Origin: Candidatus Yanofskybacteria bacterium
GTDB taxonomy: Bacteria; Patescibacteriota; Minisyncoccia; 2-02-FULL-40-12; GWA2-44-9
NCBI GenBank assembly: GCA_903830625.1
Contig: CAIKUK010000015.1
Location: 37 to 64,036, forward strand
DNA: 64,000 nucleotides
Reading direction: 5' to 3'
Shown here: piece after piece, positions 1 through 8,724 of the stretch
How positions within the stretch are numbered: the first letter of the stretch is position 1
Layout of the letters: each line of letters begins with the position of its first letter
Notes under the pieces: generated by a model
Told to the model about the DNA's origin: nothing
The model's input: only the letters and a program-made list of their open reading frames with translations
The model's database searches: none
Position numbers and translations under genes: made by a program

Positions 1-599
1 TGACGACCGGCCCAGACCTCATTGGAACCTTTGCCAGCCAGTTCTCCGGGTAGACCGTCCGGATGAATGGTGATAATAAATTTGAAAAAGGCTTGGCCGA
101 ATTCCGCTTCCGCTTGGAGAGCCAGCTCGGCGCCATGAGCGCCCGCCCGCTCTTCGGTCGCCAAAACCACAATCATTTTATCTTTCGGATAATTGGTTCT
201 GGAAATTGCGTTCAAACTATCCCGAACAATAGAATAAGGTTCTTTAAAGACCGGCAAGATAACCAGATTATAGACGTCTTGGTGGGCCACAGACGGCAAT
301 TGCGGATTTTCTGCAACTGATGCCAATCGATTAACCCAGTCCACTTTTAAATTTTGGCGCATCTTCATGAATGAAGACCGGATTAACACCGAAAGATAAA
401 CAGTTTTAATGAGCCAGTAGAGGTCAAAAAGGATAATGAAAAAAGTAGCAAAGACAGGTGCTTTAAAAGAGATCAGCACCACTAGAGCTAGGGTGACCCA
501 GGCCAAAAGACCCGGAAAAATTTCCAAAAATCGGTACAACCGGCGATCGCGCGGATTCGACAGGTCAGGAGCATTGCCAACATGAAGATAATCAAGCAT
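1..599 (-). CDS. Glycosyltransferase family 2-like membrane protein. The start codon is near 599 and the 3' end runs off the window start.
   Basis: Open minus-strand frame from the ATG at ~599 to the window edge. Translation MLDYLHVGNAPDLS...LVILPVFKEPYSIVRDSLNAI...KDKMIVVLATEERAG...GLPGELAGKGSNEVWAGR has an N-terminal TM segment followed by a GT2-like P-x-F-K-E-P / GKGSN pattern. It is absent from the ORF track because no stop lies within the window. Confidence 0.4.
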   Translation of the reverse strand, partial: MLDYLHVGNAPDLSNPRDRRLYRFLEIFPGLLAWVTLALVVLISFKAPVFATFFIILFDLYWLIKTVYLSVLIRSSFMKMRQNLKVDWVNRLASVAENPQLPSVAHQDVYNLVILPVFKEPYSIVRDSLNAISRTNYPKDKMIVVLATEERAGAHGAELALQAEAEFGQAFFKFIITIHPDGLPGELAGKGSNEVWAGR

Positions 600-645
600 A
601 GAGGCGTAATTAAAACACAAATATCAGCTTAATGCAACTCTTTAA

Positions 646-1596
646 CTAACCCAAGGCAAGACTGAAGAGGCCATCTTCCAGGTCGCGTTTGCCTTGCTTT
701 GTCCCCTGTTCGAGATCAATAACTTCCTGATAGAGATGCTTGATGTTCGCCAAGGAAAGATGAGCCGTGGCCGAAAGCATTTTCTTAACGACAAACGGAT
801 GAATGCCGGCTTTCTGGGCAATTTGAGACGAAGAAATGTTTCGGTCGGCAAAATCTTTGACCATGAGCATATTTCGGAACTGATAAATCACCATCGAAAG
901 CAAATAATACGGGTCTCGGCCATAGGCCAGCTCCCCGCAAAGCAGTGAGAACGCTTGGGCCCGACGGCCCGAACCTAGAGCGTCAATAAATTCAAAAACG
1001 TTCGGCTCGGTCTCGGTTTTAATAAGCTCGTCAACGCTGGCTAGCGTGATAACGCCCTGGGCATAATTAGCCAGCTTGTCGAGATTGTGAACCCGAGCCC
1101 AACTATCTGTCCCGGCCACAGTGACAAATCTGACTAACGCTCCCGGCGCAAATGATGCCCCCCGAGCCGAAGTTTCTTTTTTGAGCCATGTCTGTAGTTG
1201 TGTGCCTTCCAGATAAGTAAAATTACGAACTAGATTTTTAGAATCCGAGAGAAAAGTGAATAATTCTTTGGGTTTAGCTTGAGCATTAGTTCCGGAATGA
1301 GTAGCTAGAACAACAATCCCCTTGTCGGTTGCGATCTGATACTTCGTGAAAAGTTCGTGCAAAATTTCCGCCGTCTGTAAATTACTGAATATATTATTAA
1401 CCAGAATCAATTTAACCTCGCTAAAAAGCGAAATACTTTTGACCGCTTCGGTTACTTCGGCCACAGCCGAAGGGGCAGTGCCGTCAAGGCGAAACAAATT
1501 AAAACCGCTGCCATGTTTGGCTTGGTAGCTGCGGATTATCGATTCACGGTTGTCGCGCAACCGATAAGTGTCCTCGCCCGAAAGAAAGATAATCAT
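646..1596 (-). CDS. holA: DNA polymerase III delta subunit
   Basis: 316 aa. N-terminal MIIFLSGEDTYRL and overall delta-subunit (HolA) architecture. Overlaps the upstream gene stop by 4 nt. Confidence 0.7.
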   Translation of the reverse strand: MIIFLSGEDTYRLRDNRESIIRSYQAKHGSGFNLFRLDGTAPSAVAEVTEAVKSISLFSEVKLILVNNIFSNLQTAEILHELFTKYQIATDKGIVVLATHSGTNAQAKPKELFTFLSDSKNLVRNFTYLEGTQLQTWLKKETSARGASFAPGALVRFVTVAGTDSWARVHNLDKLANYAQGVITLASVDELIKTETEPNVFEFIDALGSGRRAQAFSLLCGELAYGRDPYYLLSMVIYQFRNMLMVKDFADRNISSSQIAQKAGIHPFVVKKMLSATAHLSLANIKHLYQEVIDLEQGTKQGKRDLEDGLFSLALG

Positions 1597-2603
1597 TGCC
1601 AGGTGGGGTTAACTTCAATCCAAATTTGGCCCGGTGTGAATTTGATTTCATCGCCGGCAGCATTATAAAAATACAACTTGGAATCAAGCCGGGCTGGATC
1701 TTTCTTCCAAGTGCCGGTAATTTTAATACCGTCCTGATAGATTTCGGCGTTCCCCTTTCCGGTGGTGTTAACCACGATGTATTGATCGCCCTCATACAAA
1801 ACATGCGAAGTCGTATCCATTACCGCAATGATGCTCGCTGTTACTTGTTTGTTGGTATTCTTGTCTATTTCCGGCGCTCCGCCTCGGGAACGGGAATATA
1901 AATTAGTGTTCTGATTGTAAATCCACGAAACATTATAGGGAGCTGGGTAATTAAGAATTACCTTTGTGGCGATATTGGAAATGTTTTTGGTCGGTGTGTC
2001 ATCGGCGTGAGGATAGCCGTCGAAGTCTTTAGTTAAGCTGTAACCAAAAGTTTTTGCCTGTTGGAACAACAAATCAAGATTAGAGAATCCATTATGCGGC
2101 GGCTTGATACCCGACTTCCGGTAAAAAATCGTGCCGTCGAATTGAAGGGCATCAATATTGTCCATGATATGACTATTGAGTTGAGCGAGTGCGACATGTT
2201 CCCCGCCCCAATGGGCATAGATAGCATCGAACCCGACCGCTAATGGAATAAAATCTTCTCGGGCGGAACGGATGGAACCGATTTCTTTCGGTGTCTGACA
2301 TTGGAAGATGGCCATAAACCTGGTCACACCATTAGGCGTGACCGGCATTTCGATAACCAGGTCAGCCGCGCCAATACCCGACAAAGGGCGAGCTTCGGGG
2401 TCGGAGGCCATCATTGCCGCCATCGGCCGACGTTGGGCCGTTTCGCAATTCAAACCGGCGATGGAGCTTGGTCTTTTGGGTGTTCCGTCCGAATTAAAAC
2501 TAACCGTAAAACTGCGGCCCGAACCAAAAATCCAGAATAATAATCCGGATAACAAAACGATACCGCCAACAACAAAAATTTTTCTACGATAAGCGCGATA
2601 CAT
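1593..2603 (-). CDS. DUF3048 (YerB-like) membrane-anchored protein
   Basis: 336 aa. N-terminal TM anchor followed by LSGIGAADLVIEMPV..GVTRFMAIF, consistent with the DUF3048/YerB lipoprotein family. Confidence 0.45.
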   Translation of the reverse strand: MYRAYRRKIFVVGGIVLLSGLLFWIFGSGRSFTVSFNSDGTPKRPSSIAGLNCETAQRRPMAAMMASDPEARPLSGIGAADLVIEMPVTPNGVTRFMAIFQCQTPKEIGSIRSAREDFIPLAVGFDAIYAHWGGEHVALAQLNSHIMDNIDALQFDGTIFYRKSGIKPPHNGFSNLDLLFQQAKTFGYSLTKDFDGYPHADDTPTKNISNIATKVILNYPAPYNVSWIYNQNTNLYSRSRGGAPEIDKNTNKQVTASIIAVMDTTSHVLYEGDQYIVVNTTGKGNAEIYQDGIKITGTWKKDPARLDSKLYFYNAAGDEIKFTPGQIWIEVNPTWQ

Positions 2604-2613
2604 GACTATATTT

Positions 2614-3492
2614 TTATTTTAGCACTTGATGAACGGAACAAAAATGGGCCGACCGACCGGCCAGTATAATACATCTTATCACTCCCCCGTCCTTCCGACT
2701 GCATTTTTCTCCCGTCTTCTGATAGGCCTTATGGAGATTTTGAAAATCACCTTTTGTCCCCGAAGGTGTCCGGTAGTCATTCATACTTGAACCTTTATGT
2801 TTTATTGCCAGTTTCAAAATATCCCACATCGCTTTGTAAATGCTTTTTAAATCTTTATCGTCCAAATGTTCCACTCGTGATGTCGGATGCAAATTCGCCC
2901 GCCACAAAATCTCATCGGCATAAATATTTCCGATACCGGCTATGAAATGCGGGTCCATCAGAACCTGTTTGATTCTCCCCTTTTTCTTGATAAAAAGCTT
3001 TTTAAATTCTGGAGATGAGATTTCTAACGGTTCCGGCCCAAGCTCATGGATTTCTTTTAAATCATTGACTTTATCATCATCAACCAGAACAATTTTGCCA
3101 AAGCGCCGTAAGTCGGATAAGGCCAATTGATAACCATTGCTCAAACCCATCACCACGCGGATATACTGATTGTTCCGATCGTCATTCAACGGCCCCTTAA
3201 TCTGGCTCTGCCATTTGCCATCCACTAGTTTCCATTTGCCATATAACAAATGGCCAGACATCTTTTGGTGAATAAAGATGGTCTTTTTACCTTCGATATC
3301 CAAAACAATGTATTTGGCCCGGCGCCGAACGCTTAATATCTTTTTATTCTTTATCTCTTTTTTAAAATGAGCCAATCCTCCGGCTTGGCGCAAAGTCTTG
3401 GCCCAATCTACCCAAACATTACGAAAACGCAGATTGATTAGGTCTTTGCGTAATTCCCTGACGATTGTCTCGACTTCTGGTAATTCCGGCAT
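2614..3492 (-). CDS. mutM: Formamidopyrimidine-DNA glycosylase (Fpg/Nei family)
   Basis: N-terminus MPELPEVETIVREL, the hallmark catalytic P2/E3 start. The H2TH region and C-terminal Cys/His zinc-finger-like tail (GRSAHFCSVHQ) are present, but the finger is a variant. Confidence 0.75.
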   Translation of the reverse strand: MPELPEVETIVRELRKDLINLRFRNVWVDWAKTLRQAGGLAHFKKEIKNKKILSVRRRAKYIVLDIEGKKTIFIHQKMSGHLLYGKWKLVDGKWQSQIKGPLNDDRNNQYIRVVMGLSNGYQLALSDLRRFGKIVLVDDDKVNDLKEIHELGPEPLEISSPEFKKLFIKKKGRIKQVLMDPHFIAGIGNIYADEILWRANLHPTSRVEHLDDKDLKSIYKAMWDILKLAIKHKGSSMNDYRTPSGTKGDFQNLHKAYQKTGEKCSRKDGGVIRCIILAGRSAHFCSVHQVLK

Positions 3493-3547
3493 GGGATGAT
3501 TCTCAACGAAGCAAGCGGATGCGACGCTGAGTTGTTAGAATCTTGCC

Positions 3548-3584
3548 ACCCGCCTAAATTTTTAGAATAAAAACTTAGGCGGGT
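3548..3584. repeat. Palindromic hairpin repeat, family A, copy 1 (ACCCGCCTAAATTTTTAG-aata-AAAAACTTAGGCGGGT)
   Basis: 15-bp near-perfect inverted arms. Lies just downstream of the polA stop. The same element recurs at 17228, 28711 and 62120. Confidence 0.8.
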
Positions 3585-3611
3585 TTCGCGCTATTGTCGA
3601 CTAGACTATGC

Positions 3612-6260
3612 CTACTCGACAACGCTCATTTCGGCCCAATTGTCGCCGGATTTGGCGTCAACAACTATGGGAACACCGAAGTGATGAGCCGATTCCATTA
3701 TTTCTTTTATTTCTCTCGAAACATCCCCGACCATATCGTGCTTCACCTCAAAAAGCAATTCATCGTGGACCTGAAGAAGCATTCGAACCTTATCGCTATA
3801 TTTTTTATCGATAAGCTTCTGAACACCAATCATGGCCAGTTTAATCAGGTCGGCCGATGTACCTTGAATGGGCATATTGATGGCCATGCGTTCCGCCCCG
3901 GCGCGAAGCATGGGCATGGTGGAAAGGATTTCCGGAATCGGCCGACGGCGCCCAAAAAGCGTGGCCACATAACCGTCCTTCCGGGCTTGTTCTTTTACCT
4001 TTTCCAAATACTTCGCCAAGCCGGCAAATTCTTTGTTGTAGTTATCAATAAAAGCCCTGGCCTCATCCCGACTGACACCGGCCGCTCTCTGAAATCCCAA
4101 AAGACCCATGCCATAAAGAACGCCGAAATTCAAAACTTTGGCCTGTCGGCGCATGTTCGGCGTGACTTTATCCGGCACCACGTGAAATACGCCTGCCGCC
4201 GTCCGGGTGTGAATATCCTCGCCCTTTTTGAACGCGCCAGACATGGCCGGATCGCCCGAAAGATGGGCGGCCATGCGCAAATCAAGCTGGGAATAGTCGC
4301 AGGATAGTAAAACAAAATCTTTTTCGGCGATAAAGGCCTTGCGGAATTCTTGGCCGACTTCGGTCCGAATGGGAATGTTCTGTAAATTCGGGTCCTGGCT
4401 CGATAATCGACCCGTGGTCGTGCCGGTCTGGTTATAAGTAGTATGGACTCGGCCACCAGAATCAATCAACGACGGAAATGGCTCAATATAGGTTGTTTTT
4501 AGTTTCTGGAGTTCCCGGTATTTTAAAATTAAGTCAACAATGGGATGTTCGTGAGCCAGTTTTTCCAGTTCGCTATGCGCCGTCGAAAGGGCACCTTTAC
4601 CGGTCTTGCGAACCTTGCTCTTTAAATCCAATTTATCAAACAAAACTACCGATAACTGCTTGGGTGAATTGATATTAAATTCGCCGCCCGCCATTTCGGC
4701 AATCTTTTTTTCAAGGCTATCGATTTCTTTAGTGATTATAGCATCTAGTTTGCGCAATCCTTGGACATCCACCTTGATTCCTGCCCGTTCCATTCGAGCC
4801 AGGATGGGACTTAATGGCAATTCAATAGTGTTCAAAACTTTTTTCAATTCAAATTCTTCCAACTTCGGCTCATAACGTTCTTTAAGCATGGCAATATAGG
4901 CCGGCCGTTTTAAAGGTTCCGGATCCATATCTTCGCTGAACTCCGCAAAGTATAATCTTTCCAGAAGAAAATCTTTAACCTCCGAATTTAGAACGTAAGC
5001 CGCCAGTTTGGTATCAAACGTGAATCCGGCTGGCGCTATCCCTCGCTCCAACGCCCAGCGGGTAATCATCTTAATATCGTGGCCAGTCTTTTTAATTCTG
5101 GAATCAGCCAAAATCTTCCCGAACCGAGCCGAAAGGTTACCATTTTTTAACATTGTCTCCGGGAATCCGAATGACTCGTGTCTGTTTAAGCCCAGCATAA
5201 CCACGCCATCGTGAACATCGATTACAAACTCGCCGGCGGAATCAATCTGGCCCAATATTTTTTCCAATTCTGCCACCGAACCAACGAGAGTGGTTTTAAT
5301 GCCGTCCTTTGAAGTTTTCGGCACATTGGGGGCATCAAATAAACTGGCCGGTTCAGAGGCACTGCCGTCAATCTCGCCCAGACGCTTTATAATACTGTAC
5401 AGGGCCAAATCTTTGAGCAGTTTCTCCAAGGCTGGTTTATCCAAATGTTCCCGCCACTCGGTCTGACCCAAATCAAAATCAATATCGACATCTCGGATAA
5501 TGGTCGACAAATACTTGGAAAAAATTGCTTGGTCTTTGTTGGTTGTTAATCGTTCCACTAGCTTGGGTGTCAGAAGTTTGGGTTGTTTGCCTTTTTTATC
5601 CAGCGCTTCGTAAAGTTTTTCAAGACTGCCAAAATGCTGAATTAAAGCCGAAGCGGTCTTGTCCCCTATCCCTGGCACGCCCGGAATATTGTCGGACGGA
5701 TCGCCTTTCAATCCCTTGTAATCAATGAGCTGATTCGGATTCAAACCATAGCGAGCCACGACTTCTTTTTCGTTATATATCACGGTATCGGTTATGCCTT
5801 TCCGCATCGTAAATACAACCACTTTGTCTTTTTCTACCAGTTGTAAGGTATCCAAATCTCCGGTCATGATAATAACTTGCAAGTCATCAGTGGTCTTGGC
5901 TTGTTCCGCCAGAGCGCCAATCAGGTCGTCGGCTTCAAAACCAGGCTTTTCAAAAATCGGAATGCCGAACTTGGTCAAAATTTCTTTAATATAAGGAATT
6001 TGGAGATAAAGTTCGTCCGGCGCTTTGACGCGATGACTCTTGTATTCGGCGAATTCTTCATGCCGGAAAGTCGCCCCAGGCAAATCGAAAGTGGCGGCGA
6101 TATAATCGGGCTTCAAGTCCTTAATCATTCTAATCATGACCGACATAAAACCAAAGATGGCATTCGTCGGAACGCCGGTGGCAGTATTGAGCGTCGGCGG
6201 CAGGGCATGAAAGGCCCGATGAACCAGCGCGTTGGAATCAATGAGAACAAGTTTTTTCAT
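3612..6260 (-). CDS. polA: DNA polymerase I with 5'-3' exonuclease domain
   Basis: The ORF track runs 3612..6362. The probable true start is the internal MKKLVLIDSNALVHRAFHALPP (5'-nuclease N-terminus) at ~6260, which overlaps the tsaE stop in an ATGA arrangement. Pol I family A motifs are present through the C-terminus. Confidence 0.85.
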   Translation of the reverse strand: MKKLVLIDSNALVHRAFHALPPTLNTATGVPTNAIFGFMSVMIRMIKDLKPDYIAATFDLPGATFRHEEFAEYKSHRVKAPDELYLQIPYIKEILTKFGIPIFEKPGFEADDLIGALAEQAKTTDDLQVIIMTGDLDTLQLVEKDKVVVFTMRKGITDTVIYNEKEVVARYGLNPNQLIDYKGLKGDPSDNIPGVPGIGDKTASALIQHFGSLEKLYEALDKKGKQPKLLTPKLVERLTTNKDQAIFSKYLSTIIRDVDIDFDLGQTEWREHLDKPALEKLLKDLALYSIIKRLGEIDGSASEPASLFDAPNVPKTSKDGIKTTLVGSVAELEKILGQIDSAGEFVIDVHDGVVMLGLNRHESFGFPETMLKNGNLSARFGKILADSRIKKTGHDIKMITRWALERGIAPAGFTFDTKLAAYVLNSEVKDFLLERLYFAEFSEDMDPEPLKRPAYIAMLKERYEPKLEEFELKKVLNTIELPLSPILARMERAGIKVDVQGLRKLDAIITKEIDSLEKKIAEMAGGEFNINSPKQLSVVLFDKLDLKSKVRKTGKGALSTAHSELEKLAHEHPIVDLILKYRELQKLKTTYIEPFPSLIDSGGRVHTTYNQTGTTTGRLSSQDPNLQNIPIRTEVGQEFRKAFIAEKDFVLLSCDYSQLDLRMAAHLSGDPAMSGAFKKGEDIHTRTAAGVFHVVPDKVTPNMRRQAKVLNFGVLYGMGLLGFQRAAGVSRDEARAFIDNYNKEFAGLAKYLEKVKEQARKDGYVATLFGRRRPIPEILSTMPMLRAGAERMAINMPIQGTSADLIKLAMIGVQKLIDKKYSDKVRMLLQVHDELLFEVKHDMVGDVSREIKEIMESAHHFGVPIVVDAKSGDNWAEMSVVE

Positions 6261-6742
6261 TCGTGTTTTGTAATTGATATGTTTCGCTCCTGTTCCGCTA
6301 TATGGTCTACATGGATTACCCAATGGTTTCGGGGCAGAATATCGGCCACTCGTTCGGCCCACTCAATCAAAATAATCGTGCCCGGAAGATGAATAATGTC
6401 TTTTCCAAAAAATGAAAGCAAATCAACTGAGCTACTTAATCGATAACAATCGATATGATAGAGCATATGATACTTTGGAACATTGTTAAGGTGATAATGT
6501 TTCATCAAAACAAAGGTCGGACTTTTCAAGTGTTCTTCTACACCCAGCGCTTCGGCAAAAGCCTGAATGAAAGTGGTTTTGCCTGCGCCCAGTTCCCCTT
6601 CCAAAGCCACGATGATAGGCTGACCCTGGCCTTCGCGCGTCAATACCAACGCCTGTTCTCTGGCGAATTTTTGAGTCTCTTCTGGGCTATGAGAAACATA
6701 TAACATCTTGCTCATAGTAGCTTTTTTGGCTTCTTTTTTCAA
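6257..6742 (-). CDS. tsaE: tRNA threonylcarbamoyladenosine biosynthesis protein TsaE
   Basis: P-loop GELGAGKTTFIQAFA and YjeE/TsaE family length. The track start is a TTG. An ATG (MSKMLYV...) 27 nt downstream is an alternative start. Confidence 0.7.
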   Translation of the reverse strand: MKKEAKKATMSKMLYVSHSPEETQKFAREQALVLTREGQGQPIIVALEGELGAGKTTFIQAFAEALGVEEHLKSPTFVLMKHYHLNNVPKYHMLYHIDCYRLSSSVDLLSFFGKDIIHLPGTIILIEWAERVADILPRNHWVIHVDHIAEQERNISITKHE

Positions 6743-6746
6743 ATGA

Positions 6747-6820
6747 AAAACCGCACTCTTTCGACAACCCTATGAAAGGGATGATTGAGTGCGGTCGCGG
6801 CGAGGCCAAAGGCCTCGCCG
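6747..6820 (-). terminator. Tandem GC-rich hairpins followed by a T-run (read on the minus strand). They terminate the high-GC two-gene operon just upstream of the tsaE start.
   Basis: CGGCGAGGCC-aaa-GGCCTCGCCG perfect 10-bp stem, then CCGCACTC...GAGTGCGG followed by TTTTT on the minus strand. Confidence 0.5.
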
Positions 6821-6826
6821 GAATAA

Positions 6827-7177
6827 CTAGCGGTTTCTCGGATCGTCCCACATAGACCCTTCTGTGAGGACGGAAACCGGAGTAGGTGTTGGTGGAGGAA
6901 CTGTTGGCGGTGGTGTCTGTTGGACCTGGATCACCACTGGGACCGGCTGTGCAACCGCCACTGACGCTGGTTGTACATTCCGAGTCTGACCAAAGACCCC
7001 ACCCAGAATCAGCCACGGAACAATGATGAGAAGTAGTCCTAGTGGAATCACCCACCAGGAATACCTTACCCACCAGGAACCTTCGAACGGACCGAGTCTC
7101 CAATCTCGGTCCGTTCCGATTACCATCGAGCGATTTCCTTGAACCACTCGACGCTGAACATCGAAGCGCTGAGCCAT
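6827..7177 (-). CDS. Hypothetical proline-rich membrane protein (high-GC island gene 2)
   Basis: 116 aa with one TM segment (WWVIPLGLLLIIVPWLILGGVF) and a Pro/Thr-rich tail. Its ATG overlaps the upstream gene stop. GC content is far above the window average. Confidence 0.45.
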   Translation of the reverse strand: MAQRFDVQRRVVQGNRSMVIGTDRDWRLGPFEGSWWVRYSWWVIPLGLLLIIVPWLILGGVFGQTRNVQPASVAVAQPVPVVIQVQQTPPPTVPPPTPTPVSVLTEGSMWDDPRNR

Positions 7178-7965
7178 CAGAGTTCTCCTTTGATTGGGTT
7201 AAAGAACACCCAACCGGAATGATATGGCAGCTCACGCTGGCCCAATTCCTGAGTAGGAACTTGTCGATTCCCTTTCCAGGCCATGACTTCTGCCCAGACT
7301 TGCGAATTGCTGGGAAGTTGTTTTGAAACCTCCCCGCCGGCGGGAATCGAGATATACTCCTCGGGATTATCGCCAACGATATGGACCCGAACCTCCAGAT
7401 CCTCGAATCGGTTTCTGAAGATTCTCCACTCCAGTGGGACGGTTTGAACTGTTTGCACCGTACTGGCCGGCTGTGGTTGTGGTGGCGGTTGATAGCCGCC
7501 ATACACGGGTACAGGATACGCGACGGGCTGGCTCATCGCCATGGCAGCGTTCATTTGCTGTCTCATGACAAGTGACTCTACCAGTCCGACACCCATTCCG
7601 ACGCCGACGCCCATCAGTAGGCTTCGGCCGATGCCGGGATAATGGCCGCTGTATAATCCACCTGAACGGCGCCAACTGTAATCCCCGCCCATCCGCCGAA
7701 CGTCATTCTGGAGTCCGCGGATGACTCTGCCGACTTCGTCACGATTCTCGGAACGAGCGGCTGCCGGCTGGCCCGATGTGGACCGGCCGACATTCCGCCA
7801 CGAGCGATCCGTGCGGATGATCGGCAGTGTCGCTCTTCCATCCGCAGGACGCGTTGCGACCGCTGACCGACCCGAAGCGGGGCGGCCGTTGGCACGTTGT
7901 GCAGACGCCGGAACCGCCGACAGCACGAGACCGATAACGACGAACAACATAAACATCTTTTTCAT
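7177..7965 (-). CDS. Hypothetical secreted Gly/Met/Pro-rich protein (high-GC island gene 1)
   Basis: Start placed at MKKMFMLFVVIGLVLSAVPASA (signal-peptide-like), 9 nt after an AGGAG ribosome-binding site. The track ORF extends further upstream without support. Composition is ~55-60% GC. Confidence 0.5.
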   Translation of the reverse strand: MKKMFMLFVVIGLVLSAVPASAQRANGRPASGRSAVATRPADGRATLPIIRTDRSWRNVGRSTSGQPAAARSENRDEVGRVIRGLQNDVRRMGGDYSWRRSGGLYSGHYPGIGRSLLMGVGVGMGVGLVESLVMRQQMNAAMAMSQPVAYPVPVYGGYQPPPQPQPASTVQTVQTVPLEWRIFRNRFEDLEVRVHIVGDNPEEYISIPAGGEVSKQLPSNSQVWAEVMAWKGNRQVPTQELGQRELPYHSGWVFFNPIKGEL

Positions 7966-8070
7966 GAGCTGTCTCCTAAGCCCCGACGCGGTTTGCGTGA
8001 GGCTAAAACGAATTGATATTGAGTTTTCGAGGTACATTCCCCCCGCTCCTAATACCTACATTATACCACA

Positions 8071-8108
8071 AATGTCACCAATTTGTCTAGTGACAGATGT
8101 CACCACTA
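8071..8108. promoter_or_regulatory. Cluster of three TGTCACC/GGTGACA heptamers upstream of the high-GC secreted-protein gene
   Basis: aaTGTCACCaatttgtctaGTGACAgaTGTCACCact. The same heptamer is massively repeated at 11965-12156. Confidence 0.45.
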
Positions 8109-8130
8109 AAATAGCCCGAAATTTGGCCTT

Positions 8131-8502
8131 TTAATCAATGTTTTTATAATGTCTGATTTTTGCCACTCCCCGCTCCTTATCAAAGGCGACAGAAACAATG
8201 TCCATCTGCCAGGGTTGGTTTTCAGAATAGTGTTGATCGGATAAATAGGTCCGAGCGATACGGACCATGCGATGACGCTTGTCAGCATTAACCCGAAGCT
8301 CAGGTTCAAAACCAGGAATGTCTTTCTTGCTGGCTTTAACCTCAACGAAAATGACTATCCCCTCCTTCTCGGCAATAACATCAATCTCGCCCCAGGGTTT
8401 GCGGTAATTATGGCCCAGAATTTTGTATTTTTTGGATTTTAAATATTCGGCCGCATAATGCTCGGCAAAAAATCCTAATTCGCTTGTTCCGCGAACAGTC
8501 AT
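8131..8502 (-). CDS. yraN: YraN family (UPF0102) endonuclease-like protein
   Basis: 123 aa. FAEHYAAEYLKSKKYKILGHNYR...GEIDVIAEKEGIVIFVEVK pattern typical of YraN. Confidence 0.65.
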   Translation of the reverse strand: MTVRGTSELGFFAEHYAAEYLKSKKYKILGHNYRKPWGEIDVIAEKEGIVIFVEVKASKKDIPGFEPELRVNADKRHRMVRIARTYLSDQHYSENQPWQMDIVSVAFDKERGVAKIRHYKNID

Positions 8503-8724
8503 GAGTAAAACTTAGCATCTTTTTATATCAACACCAATGGTTGACCCGCAGGGTAGGTTTGTGGTACCTTCAATGTACATTCTCGCAAGAGAATTTTCCC
8601 GTTTATAAAGCCTCTTAGCCCCAATCTAATTAAGACCACCCTCACAAATTTAGTTCGCCGGATTCAAACGGCTTTTCGGCCTTTTTCATCTAATTTTGAA
8701 GTTTTTCTCAAGTCTGAAAAATCC

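Noticed and set aside
63-320. 85-aa plus-strand ORF at the window start
   Set aside because: Antisense to the longer, better-supported GT2-like open frame that runs to the window edge.
3594-4307. 237-aa plus-strand ORF, and also the 5877-6392 plus-strand ORF
   Set aside because: Antisense to the strongly supported polA gene. Low-complexity translations with no family resemblance.
6687-8134. Multiple long overlapping ORFs in the track (6687-7502 minus, 7367-7675 minus, 7614-7895 minus, 7042-7326 plus, 7721-8134 plus)
   Set aside because: They are out of frame with, or antisense to, the two signal-peptide and TM-bearing genes. Their presence is a by-product of the locally high GC content reducing stop-codon frequency. 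They have no ribosome-binding sites or sensible starts.
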